Source of the DNA: an uncultured Candidatus Saccharibacteria bacterium
GTDB lineage: Bacteria; Patescibacteriota; Minisyncoccia; UBA6257; JAUSGH01
NCBI GenBank assembly: GCA_964366955.1
Contig: CAYIVT010000001.1
Coordinates: 1 to 31,651 of the forward strand
Length of the DNA stretch: 31,651 nt
Direction: 5' to 3'
In this document: positions 24,320 to 31,651 of the stretch, in pieces
How the letters are laid out: each line of letters starts with the position of its first letter
How positions within the stretch are numbered: position 1 is the first letter of the stretch
Position numbers and translations under genes: made by a program
Notes under the pieces: generated by a model
What the model saw: only the letters and a program-made list of their open reading frames with translations
The model's database searches: none
What the model was told of the DNA's origin: nothing

Positions 24320-25460
24320 ATTTTAATATATCCTCCGCTATATCACTCGCTGCGTTAGGCTTATAGAAATTTTTAGCATTTTCTTTCATTTTTTGCAATT
24401 TTTCAGCATTACCTAAAATTAACTTTATTTCTCTGATAACTAAATTTGCAAAAAGATTTTCTTCTGTAATCAGAATAGCAGCTCCAGTAGATGCATACTG
24501 ATGAGCATTTTCTCTTTGATGATCGTTCGCAGATTCAGTTATGGGTATTAGAACAGCGGGTTTACCTAAAGAGGCAATCTCAAAAATGGCACCAGCGCCA
24601 GCCCTTGAAAAAATAATATCAGACGCAATTAAAGCCCTATGATAATCTTCATATAAAAAAGGTACCGCATGATAATTTTGCAATTCGCTTAAACTTAAAT
24701 CTTTAATTGATTTCAAATTATTTTGATACTCTAAAAAATTATTCGTACCTACTTGATGTAAAATTTGAAATTCTTTTAAAAACTCTTTTATGTTTTTTAA
24801 AATAAAATTATTAAGTACTTGCGCACCCTGAGATCCACCTAAAACTACAAGGAGTGGCAAATGATTTTCAAATTTTAAATCAATCTTAGCCTGTTCTTGA
24901 GTCAAGCTTTGCTTTTCAATCATATAAACTACTTCTCTAATTGGGTGGCCAACAACCTTAACCTTGCTTTGATCGCCAAAATAATTAATTGCGCTCGCAA
25001 AAGCTAATTCAATTACGCGCGCGAACTTGGCACTAGCTAAAGTCGTAAGTCCGGGCACAGAATCAGAATCATGAATAATTATAGGGATATGATAAAATCT
25101 ACAAGCATAGATAATGGCCAAAGCGCCAGAACCGCCCTTAGAAAAAACAACATCCGGCATAAACCAAAAAACTTTAAACAAACTTTGAGGAATACTCCAT
25201 AAAAATTTAACCAAGTCTAAAAATACTAGCAAGGAGAAATAACGACGCAGCTTACTAGAAGAAATATAAACAGTTTTAATTCCCAATGCTTCAAAATTAA
25301 TTTTATAATCTTGAAAATCGCCAAAATAACGCACATCTAAAGATAAATTTAAAATTTGCGCTTGCTTTTTTAATGCTTCTGCTACAGCAATAAGCGCAAA
25401 AATATGCCCACCACTACCACCACCAGTTAAAAGAATTCGCATCTTATTCATAGTTATCAT
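24306..25460 (-). CDS. murG: MurG glycosyltransferase
   Basis: TGGGSGGHIF, KGGSG, LGGSQGA, SRAGAG, HQRENA. Start could be 25451 or 25442. Confidence 0.95.
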   Translation of the reverse strand: MITMNKMRILLTGGGSGGHIFALIAVAEALKKQAQILNLSLDVRYFGDFQDYKINFEALGIKTVYISSSKLRRYFSLLVFLDLVKFLWSIPQSLFKVFWFMPDVVFSKGGSGALAIIYACRFYHIPIIIHDSDSVPGLTTLASAKFARVIELAFASAINYFGDQSKVKVVGHPIREVVYMIEKQSLTQEQAKIDLKFENHLPLLVVLGGSQGAQVLNNFILKNIKEFLKEFQILHQVGTNNFLEYQNNLKSIKDLSLSELQNYHAVPFLYEDYHRALIASDIIFSRAGAGAIFEIASLGKPAVLIPITESANDHQRENAHQYASTGAAILITEENLFANLVIREIKLILGNAEKLQKMKENAKNFYKPNAASDIAEDILKYGQF

Positions 25461-25466
25461 TTAGAT

Positions 25467-26579
25467 TTATACATTTCTACTATAGGAAGAAATATTCATG
25501 ATAATACCCAACATCCCCATCATAGCAATCATACTGGTACTTCCATAACTAACAAATGGCAAAGGCATACCAGTTAATGGAATTAAACCAGATATGGCCG
25601 CAATATTAATAAAAGATTGAATGCCTATCACACTACCAAAACCAACCAAGAGTAATTGTCCAAATTTATGCTCTGTGCGCATTGATAAAATAAAAATACG
25701 AACTACTAAAACAATAAAAAATAAAATAACCATTAAAGCGCCTAAAAATCCAAATTCTTCTGCAATAATTGCAAAAATTGAATCCCCAATTGGTTCTGGC
25801 AAATAGCCAACCTTAGTTGCCGATTGACCATAACCAACTCCAGTCAAACCGCCATTGCCGATCGCAATCAAAGCCTGATTGATATGATAGCCAGAACTTT
25901 GAATATTAGTTTCTGGGTTAATGTAGGACATAATTCTATTCCATCTATACGGACTTAAAAAAGATACTGAAATTATGAACAGAATGCCTAAAGCAGCAGC
26001 ACTAAATAAGTAAGAAAGTTTTGCTCCACTTACAAAATAGACAATAATTGCAGTTAAGATAATGATAACGAACATACTAGTTGAAGATTGGTTTAATAAA
26101 ATTGCCCCTAATATTCCCAGAACTAAAGCAAAAGGCATAAATCCTCGCCAAAAACTAGACTGCCTCTCTCTATCGCGAGATAGCCACGCAGCAAAATATA
26201 TTATTGTCGCCATTTTTAAAAATTCTGATGGCTGAAAAGTAAATGAACCTATTGTTAACCAACGCAATGCACCACCAGCTTTTACGCCAAGTGGCGTATA
26301 AATTAAAATTAACAAAAAAATTGCCAAAATAAGAAGTGGCACAGCTAATCGTTCATACACGCCATAATAAACGCGTGAAGTTGTTAATAAAACAATAATA
26401 CCCAATAAAATACCATAAAAAAATTGGTGCCTGACATAGAAATAATTGTCATCTAACTTATCTTTACCCAAATTTAAAGACGCAGATGCTAACATTAAAA
26501 GACCGAACAAAATTAAAAAAGCTGTGCAACCCAAAATAATATAATCTTGCCTTTGTTTGAATTTAAGAAATGGTTTCAT
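25467..26579 (-). CDS. ftsW: SEDS peptidoglycan polymerase FtsW
   Basis: GALRWL, QPSEFLK, GYHINQALIAIGNGG, LPEPIGDSIF, GMPLPFVSYGST; directly upstream of murG. Confidence 0.93.
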   Translation of the reverse strand: MKPFLKFKQRQDYIILGCTAFLILFGLLMLASASLNLGKDKLDDNYFYVRHQFFYGILLGIIVLLTTSRVYYGVYERLAVPLLILAIFLLILIYTPLGVKAGGALRWLTIGSFTFQPSEFLKMATIIYFAAWLSRDRERQSSFWRGFMPFALVLGILGAILLNQSSTSMFVIIILTAIIVYFVSGAKLSYLFSAAALGILFIISVSFLSPYRWNRIMSYINPETNIQSSGYHINQALIAIGNGGLTGVGYGQSATKVGYLPEPIGDSIFAIIAEEFGFLGALMVILFFIVLVVRIFILSMRTEHKFGQLLLVGFGSVIGIQSFINIAAISGLIPLTGMPLPFVSYGSTSMIAMMGMLGIIMNISSYSRNV

Positions 26580-28042
26580 TTTTTAATAATTCTTCCAGAA
26601 AAAGTATTTTTTAAAAAACTATCCTGTACCGCAATAGTTCCATTAACTAACACATGATGAATTTTACTGCCACGCATCAAAACAATGTCTGCGAAAAATC
26701 CTTCGCGCAATAAACCACGATTTTTAATGCCAATTTTTTTAGCAGGAATAGATGTTATTTTTTTAACTGTATTTTCCAAAGTTAGCTCTGGCCTTTTTTC
26801 TGCTAATTCAAAATATCTAGTAAAAGTTTTAGTAGAACGATCTTCTACGAAGCTACCTAAATTATTATTTCTACTAGCACTATTTGAAGCAAGCATTGCT
26901 CTTGCTTCAAAAACCATATCTTCTGCAAAATTTAAATTAATATTTTTTATTGCTATCTTAGCCCTAAGTGAAGTTGCTGACATTAAATGACGCATTGCTT
27001 CTTTAGAATTTAATTGTTTTTCTATGGCATAATCACTTAATTTTTTACCAACTAGATATTGATTAAAAGGAGCTCGAGCTATAGTCATATTTTCTAAATC
27101 AAAATCTGGTAATTCTACTTTTCCAACCTTAGAAAGCATATATTCTAAACTTCCTCGACGCATCCAATCGGGCAGCAAAGTATATATTGGCACCACGCTT
27201 TCTTCAAATGGAAAAACATCAAAATTTAAATGCGTGCTTTTATCTAACATATCAAACATTCTTCTGGCACAATCAATATTTTTTTCATAACCCTTTATCG
27301 GACGTAAATGCGAAATAAGTGTATTTAAATTATTTTCTTGCGTAATACTGATGGTTTCTTGTATGGATTTTTCTAAATCTTTTTCTTCATTACGTAAATG
27401 CGTGCTATAAATTGCTCCAAACTTAGATACAATTTTAGTTAAAACCGCAATTTCTGAATACGGCACTAAGTTAGAATGCGCATATCCCAAGCCAGTAGAT
27501 AAACCTAGCGCGCCTTCTTCTAAAGATAGAGTAAGAATATTTTTAAAAACGGAAAGTTCGTTATCAGTTAAATCACGCATATCCTCCCCTATTAAAGCCC
27601 TACGTATTGTTGAATGACCAACCAATGTTCCAAAATTAATCCCTAGTTTACGCAAAGATAAAGTAGTTAAAAAATCTTTAACCGAATGCCAATTAACATT
27701 AATCTGATTGGGATCTACCCATTTTCTAATAGACTCCAAACTGCCATATAAAAGTGGCGCGAGCGATGACCCACAGTGACCACCAATAATTGTAGTAACA
27801 CCTTGCAATAGAAAACTAACTTGGCTGGGATTGGAAAAAAGGGTTAATTCGTGATCTGAATCTGTATTAACATCAATAAATCCCGGACAAACATTGAGCC
27901 CTAGCGCATCAATAACTTCTACTCCCTCTTTTTTTGGGAATATACCAATAGCAGAAATTTTATCTTGGCTAACTAAAATATCAGCCCTATAAGCAGATTT
28001 GCCTGTGCCATCTATAATATTGCCACCTTTAATTAAAAGCAT
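26576..28042 (-). CDS. Amidohydrolase, N-acyl-D-amino-acid deacylase-like (metal motif altered)
   Basis: IKGGNIIDGTG, PGFIDVNTDSD, QGVTTIIGGHCG, STHLRNE, KKITSIPAKK, GFFADIV. Confidence 0.85.
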   Translation of the reverse strand: MLLIKGGNIIDGTGKSAYRADILVSQDKISAIGIFPKKEGVEVIDALGLNVCPGFIDVNTDSDHELTLFSNPSQVSFLLQGVTTIIGGHCGSSLAPLLYGSLESIRKWVDPNQINVNWHSVKDFLTTLSLRKLGINFGTLVGHSTIRRALIGEDMRDLTDNELSVFKNILTLSLEEGALGLSTGLGYAHSNLVPYSEIAVLTKIVSKFGAIYSTHLRNEEKDLEKSIQETISITQENNLNTLISHLRPIKGYEKNIDCARRMFDMLDKSTHLNFDVFPFEESVVPIYTLLPDWMRRGSLEYMLSKVGKVELPDFDLENMTIARAPFNQYLVGKKLSDYAIEKQLNSKEAMRHLMSATSLRAKIAIKNINLNFAEDMVFEARAMLASNSASRNNNLGSFVEDRSTKTFTRYFELAEKRPELTLENTVKKITSIPAKKIGIKNRGLLREGFFADIVLMRGSKIHHVLVNGTIAVQDSFLKNTFSGRIIKK

Positions 28043-28078
28043 AGCTTAATACTTATATTATATCATTAACTAAAAGAT

Positions 28079-29575
28079 TTATTGGCAAGTTAAGTTGCTT
28101 TTAGCTATTTCATATAATAATCTAACTCCATATCCAGTTGCACCCTTAGCTAAAAACTCCTCTTCGGGATTAACCAACATTCTCGGCGCCATATCAATAT
28201 GAGCGAAATAAAAAGGTTTAGCAAAACAAGACAAAAAAGCTGCGGCAGAACTAGCACCACCATAACGCGAGTTTCTTTTGTGTGTATTAATAACATCAGC
28301 AAAATTTCCTTCAACATCTTTTTCGTTGAAATCTGAGAGTGGCAATGGCCAAAGTTTTTCTCCGCACTTATCGCCAATCTTTTGGATTTTGTCTTGTAAT
28401 TCATGATTGTCTTTAACAAATAAAGCTGCCATTCTTGTACCTAACGCCACCATTGCTGCTCCGGTTAAAGTGGCAAGAGTAAAAATTATTTTAGGATTTT
28501 TACTCTTAGCATATTCAATAGCCTCCGCCAAAATAACACGACCTTCGGCATCGGTATTACCAATTTCTATAGTTTTTCCACCATAAGCCTTAATAATATC
28601 TCCCTGTCTATAAGAAAATCCGCTTGGCATATTTTCAACTGCTGGAACTATACCAATAACATTAACTGGTAATTTCATTGCTGCAATCGCTTTTAATGCG
28701 CATAAAACTCCAGCTCCTCCAGCCATATCCATATGCATATCAGCCATACCATCGCCCGACTTTAAATTAAGCCCACCAGAATCAAAAGTTACACCTTTGC
28801 CAATAAAAACTAGGGGCTTATCGCTAGATTTTCCTCCTTTATACTCCATAATAATTAGCCTCGGCAAATTCGCCGAACCAGCACCAACTGCCAAAATAGC
28901 ATTCATGCCTTCTGCTTTTAGTTTCTTTTCATTAAAAATTTCTACTGAAAAATTTTTAACTTCGCGACTCATGTCTTCTGCTGCTTCTGCTAACGCCATC
29001 GGCGTCATATGGCTTGGTGGATAGCTAGAAAGCATCCGCGCAAGATTAATTGCTTCACCTAAGATTTCTCCATTTTTTATTTCTTTTTGAACTTCTTTAT
29101 TATTTCCCGAAGAAAATATCAAAACTTTTTCTAAATATTGCCAACCCTCTTTTGGTTCTTTTTTAAAATTGCGACTAAAATCAAATTGAGCCATCAAAAT
29201 GTTTGTTGCAATTTCTTCTGCTGATTTTTTTAATTCATAATCACTTAAATTAAACGAAATAATTTTTGAATTCTCAGCTTTAGCAACGCTCACAAACTGT
29301 CGAGTCAACAATCGCAACTTTTCTATATCAAATTTTTCAACTGTTGCCAAAAAAATATACCCTGAATAGTCACTTAGCTTTATCAACTTAACAATCCCCT
29401 CTTTAAATTTATTTTGTTCTAATATAGCGTCGATTATTTTTTTATCTACACGAGAGAGAAAATCATAAAACTCGCCATACTTTGTGGCTTTATTATTAAC
29501 ATGAACCAATAAAAATAAAACTTGCGCTTTATTTAAAGCAACTTTATTAACTTTCTTTTCTACAATAAATTGCAT
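28079..29575 (-). CDS. pepA: Leucyl aminopeptidase (M17)
   Basis: GKGVTFDSGG, MHMDMAGG, NTDAEGR, ATLTGA, AHIDMA. Start ATG 29575. Confidence 0.95.
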   Translation of the reverse strand: MQFIVEKKVNKVALNKAQVLFLLVHVNNKATKYGEFYDFLSRVDKKIIDAILEQNKFKEGIVKLIKLSDYSGYIFLATVEKFDIEKLRLLTRQFVSVAKAENSKIISFNLSDYELKKSAEEIATNILMAQFDFSRNFKKEPKEGWQYLEKVLIFSSGNNKEVQKEIKNGEILGEAINLARMLSSYPPSHMTPMALAEAAEDMSREVKNFSVEIFNEKKLKAEGMNAILAVGAGSANLPRLIIMEYKGGKSSDKPLVFIGKGVTFDSGGLNLKSGDGMADMHMDMAGGAGVLCALKAIAAMKLPVNVIGIVPAVENMPSGFSYRQGDIIKAYGGKTIEIGNTDAEGRVILAEAIEYAKSKNPKIIFTLATLTGAAMVALGTRMAALFVKDNHELQDKIQKIGDKCGEKLWPLPLSDFNEKDVEGNFADVINTHKRNSRYGGASSAAAFLSCFAKPFYFAHIDMAPRMLVNPEEEFLAKGATGYGVRLLYEIAKSNLTCQ

Positions 29576-29595
29576 CCTCCTAATATAACAGAAAA

Positions 29596-30543
29596 TCAAA
29601 TCCTACGCAAATCAAAAATTTTATTTTTACACGAAGGATGATTAACTGACAATACTTTTAAAGTTTCGGCCGAAAAAGGATCATAAACTTCACCGTCTAT
29701 CATTAGTTTTATATAAAATTCCTGCGTGCCTAGATTAACCATGTCTTTAATTTTAAAAATAGGCGCAAGTTCTGACTCTAAAATTTTTGCATCTTCACCG
29801 CCTACGCGAAAAACTATCATGGTGCCAACATTGCCTAAAACAGCTGATTGAAATCTTGGCGAAAGTTGGCCAAAATATTGATGCGTCAATGTTAAAGCCA
29901 ATCCATATTTACGAGCTTCGGAAATTAAACTTGTAAAATCTTCGCTTGCTAAATTTTGAAATTCATCAATATACACATAAAAATCCTGACGAGAAATTTC
30001 TAACATTTTCGCGCGCTCTATGCCAACTTGCTTAAGTTTAGAAATAAGCGTAGATCCGAACAACTTCAAACTTTCTTCACTAATCTTATTTTTAGCTAAA
30101 TTTATAAGAATGATCTTATTGTCATTAATAAATTTTTCTAAATCTAAATTAGCTAAAAAATTTAAAGAAGCTTCGCCTTCTAAATAAGATGCATCAATCA
30201 AACGTACGTCTTCAATTCTATTTTCTGGAATAAAATTTAAAATTTCTTCAATTACTTCGCCATATGAATCGATAAAACATAAACCCTTACCATTTGCTAT
30301 ATCTTGGCGCATCAAAAGTTCTAATAATTTAGATTTACCAACGCCACTTTTACCAATAACATAAAGATGGTGGCGCCTATCAGCTCGCTTAATACCAAAA
30401 ATAAACTTTTTTTCTTCTACGATAGAAGAATAATTAGTTCGCCCAATAAAAGATATTTGAGCTGGATCTACTTTGCCAAGCATCGGCAAAGTAGAAGGCG
30501 GAGAAGAATATTTAACTGTCTGCATTTTATTTTCTTCGGCCAT
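29596..30543 (-). CDS. VirD4/TraD-like ATPase, internally shortened
   Basis: Walker A GKSGVGKS, Walker B YIDEFQN, SEARKYGLALTLTHQY, GNVGTMIVFRVG. Confidence 0.85.
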   Translation of the reverse strand: MAEENKMQTVKYSSPPSTLPMLGKVDPAQISFIGRTNYSSIVEEKKFIFGIKRADRRHHLYVIGKSGVGKSKLLELLMRQDIANGKGLCFIDSYGEVIEEILNFIPENRIEDVRLIDASYLEGEASLNFLANLDLEKFINDNKIILINLAKNKISEESLKLFGSTLISKLKQVGIERAKMLEISRQDFYVYIDEFQNLASEDFTSLISEARKYGLALTLTHQYFGQLSPRFQSAVLGNVGTMIVFRVGGEDAKILESELAPIFKIKDMVNLGTQEFYIKLMIDGEVYDPFSAETLKVLSVNHPSCKNKIFDLRRI

Positions 30544-30555
30544 ATTTTTTAAATT

Positions 30556-31203
30556 TTATATCGCTCCCATTTCTTTTAAGAAATCATCAAAAGCTTTAAG
30601 AGCATTACGCACTACGTCTGGCGCAACATAAAAACCAGTTGTGTGAACAACGTCATTTCTTAATCTATGCGCACTCCAAACCCTATTTAAACTTTTAACT
30701 TCTTCTGGGACTATACGCGACAAACGATCTGCCATGTGCTCCCCCTCATAACCTTCTCGTTTTAAAAATGTATCAACAAAAGCATCTGCTTCTATGATTA
30801 CTAATCGCAAACTTTCTAGCGTTGCATTTGCTCCACCTTTAGCCGTAATAGCATCCCACATTGCTTTAATTTTCGGATCTTTTTCTGACTTTACTTTTTT
30901 AGGAATGCTTTCAAAAATAGAAAGCTTAGGATGAATTTTCAAATATTGAATAATGGCATAAACGATAATAAACAAAAGCAAGATATCCACAATAATAAAC
31001 ACCGGCCTAACATAATTTTGTACAAATTCCCAATATTTACCAAAAGAAAAATTAATATCAGAGTTTATAAAAGGCAAAAAAGCTGCGCCAAAAAAAGAAA
31101 AAAAGATGGCTAAGATAATTATTTCAAAACCCCTATTAACCCAAAGCCCCGGTTTTTTAGGAGGAGGTCCTGTTTTGAATTGTGGTTTATCGCCCGGTAG
31201 CAT
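30556..31203 (-). CDS. Membrane-anchored protein with a C-terminal HEPN-like RxxxxH domain
   Basis: Two N-terminal TM helices, IIEADAFVD, and AHRLRNDVVH (R-x4-H). Confidence 0.7.
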   Translation of the reverse strand: MLPGDKPQFKTGPPPKKPGLWVNRGFEIIILAIFFSFFGAAFLPFINSDINFSFGKYWEFVQNYVRPVFIIVDILLLFIIVYAIIQYLKIHPKLSIFESIPKKVKSEKDPKIKAMWDAITAKGGANATLESLRLVIIEADAFVDTFLKREGYEGEHMADRLSRIVPEEVKSLNRVWSAHRLRNDVVHTTGFYVAPDVVRNALKAFDDFLKEMGAI

Positions 31204-31204
31204 G

Positions 31205-31651
31205 TTATTGGAATTTTTCTAAAACTTTTTCCTCTCCATAAATTGGAAGACCTGCAGTTGGGCCAGCAGTCTTACTTTCGTTTCGTTTAATCATTGGCGC
31301 AGTAAGAACTGTTTTCATAGGCGGATGGAACAAGGTTGCCATAATAGTAGTTGTTAATCTAGTAAACTTAGTATGTTCCCAAGAAAATACATGCGATGAT
31401 AGCCACCTAGCTACCTGCATTTGCGGAGGCAATGTTCGATTACGATAGTGATGAATAAATCTTTGCGAGCGAATTTGTTGACGCCATTTTGGAAAAAAAT
31501 ACGGAACATACCAAATCATAGTTAAGGTAACGATTGGAAAATTTTGAGTAAATGAATTTAAATCAGACGATGCATACTGATTAAAAGCGCCTAAAATACC
31601 ACGCCTTGGAAAACTATCGTAATAATAAGCTTTAGGTGAAAAATAAAGCAA
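31205..31651 (-). CDS. C-terminal part of a hypothetical protein upstream of the HEPN-like and VirD4-like genes; 5' end outside the window
   Basis: Open to the window edge; ends ATLFHPP...IKRNESKTAGPTAGLP, 1 nt before the next ATG. Confidence 0.7.
   Translation of the reverse strand: MLYFSPKAYYYDSFPRRGILGAFNQYASSDLNSFTQNFPIVTLTMIWYVPYFFPKWRQQIRSQRFIHHYRNRTLPPQMQVARWLSSHVFSWEHTKFTRLTTTIMATLFHPPMKTVLTAPMIKRNESKTAGPTAGLPIYGEEKVLEKFQ

Noticed and set aside
29576-29581. AGGAGG immediately before the pepA ATG
   Set aside because: Zero spacing makes it unusable as an SD; it is the 6-nt gap between the -10 box and the ATG.
462-31113. Antisense or shadow ORFs in the track (e.g. 462-647, 1755-2141, 5204-5386, 7892-8101, 11370-11702, 13946-14287, 14984-15304, 20813-21058, 21293-21517, 21483-21707, 22863-23264, 26685-26990, 28150-28419, 30931-31113)
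   Set aside because: All lie largely opposite or out of frame within well-supported genes and show no motifs; expected by chance.
1-31651. Alternative genetic code 25 (TGA=Gly)
   Set aside because: Several genes end correctly at TGA (scpA, murC, amidohydrolase, the VirD4-like gene) and conserved genes are uninterrupted under code 11.

Overview
AT-rich (about one third GC by eye) chromosomal window read with the standard bacterial code (TGA is stop). Gene content and protein style point to a Patescibacteria/CPR bacterium, probably Parcubacteria (inference). Mostly housekeeping genes: scpAB, DEAD-box helicase, tRNA-Gln(CUG), Fe/Mn SOD, def-fmt, thpR, S41 protease, rplI, rpmA, NDH-2, pgk, DHH phosphoesterase-rnhA, RNase P RNA, FAD oxidoreductase, alr, ftsQ-like, murC, M23 peptidase, gltX, murG, ftsW, amidohydrolase, pepA, and a VirD4-like ATPase operon cut by the right edge. 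No integrase, transposase, CRISPR array or rRNA is visible. The main unexplained signals: (1) a twice-occurring ~55-nt hairpin element (CCCGATGACC-AAATATTAAAG...-GGTCATCGGG) whose outer stems differ in sequence but still pair; (2) an apparent two-tier translation design, in which about 10 operon-leading genes look leaderless while four small orphan genes carry -35/-10 promoters, strong GGAGG sites and their own terminators; (3) 7-nt-period in-frame repeats in fmt (exact 27-bp duplicate) and alr; (4) a perfect 40-bp palindrome beside an orphan Xre/MbcA/ParS-type antitoxin; (5) an RNase P RNA with an A/B mosaic layout; (6) several apparently degenerate enzymes (VirD4-like ATPase lacking its all-alpha domain, amidohydrolase missing metal ligands, GT-C scaffold without catalytic loops, altered CtpA motif). 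All family assignments come from recognised motifs; no database search was run.
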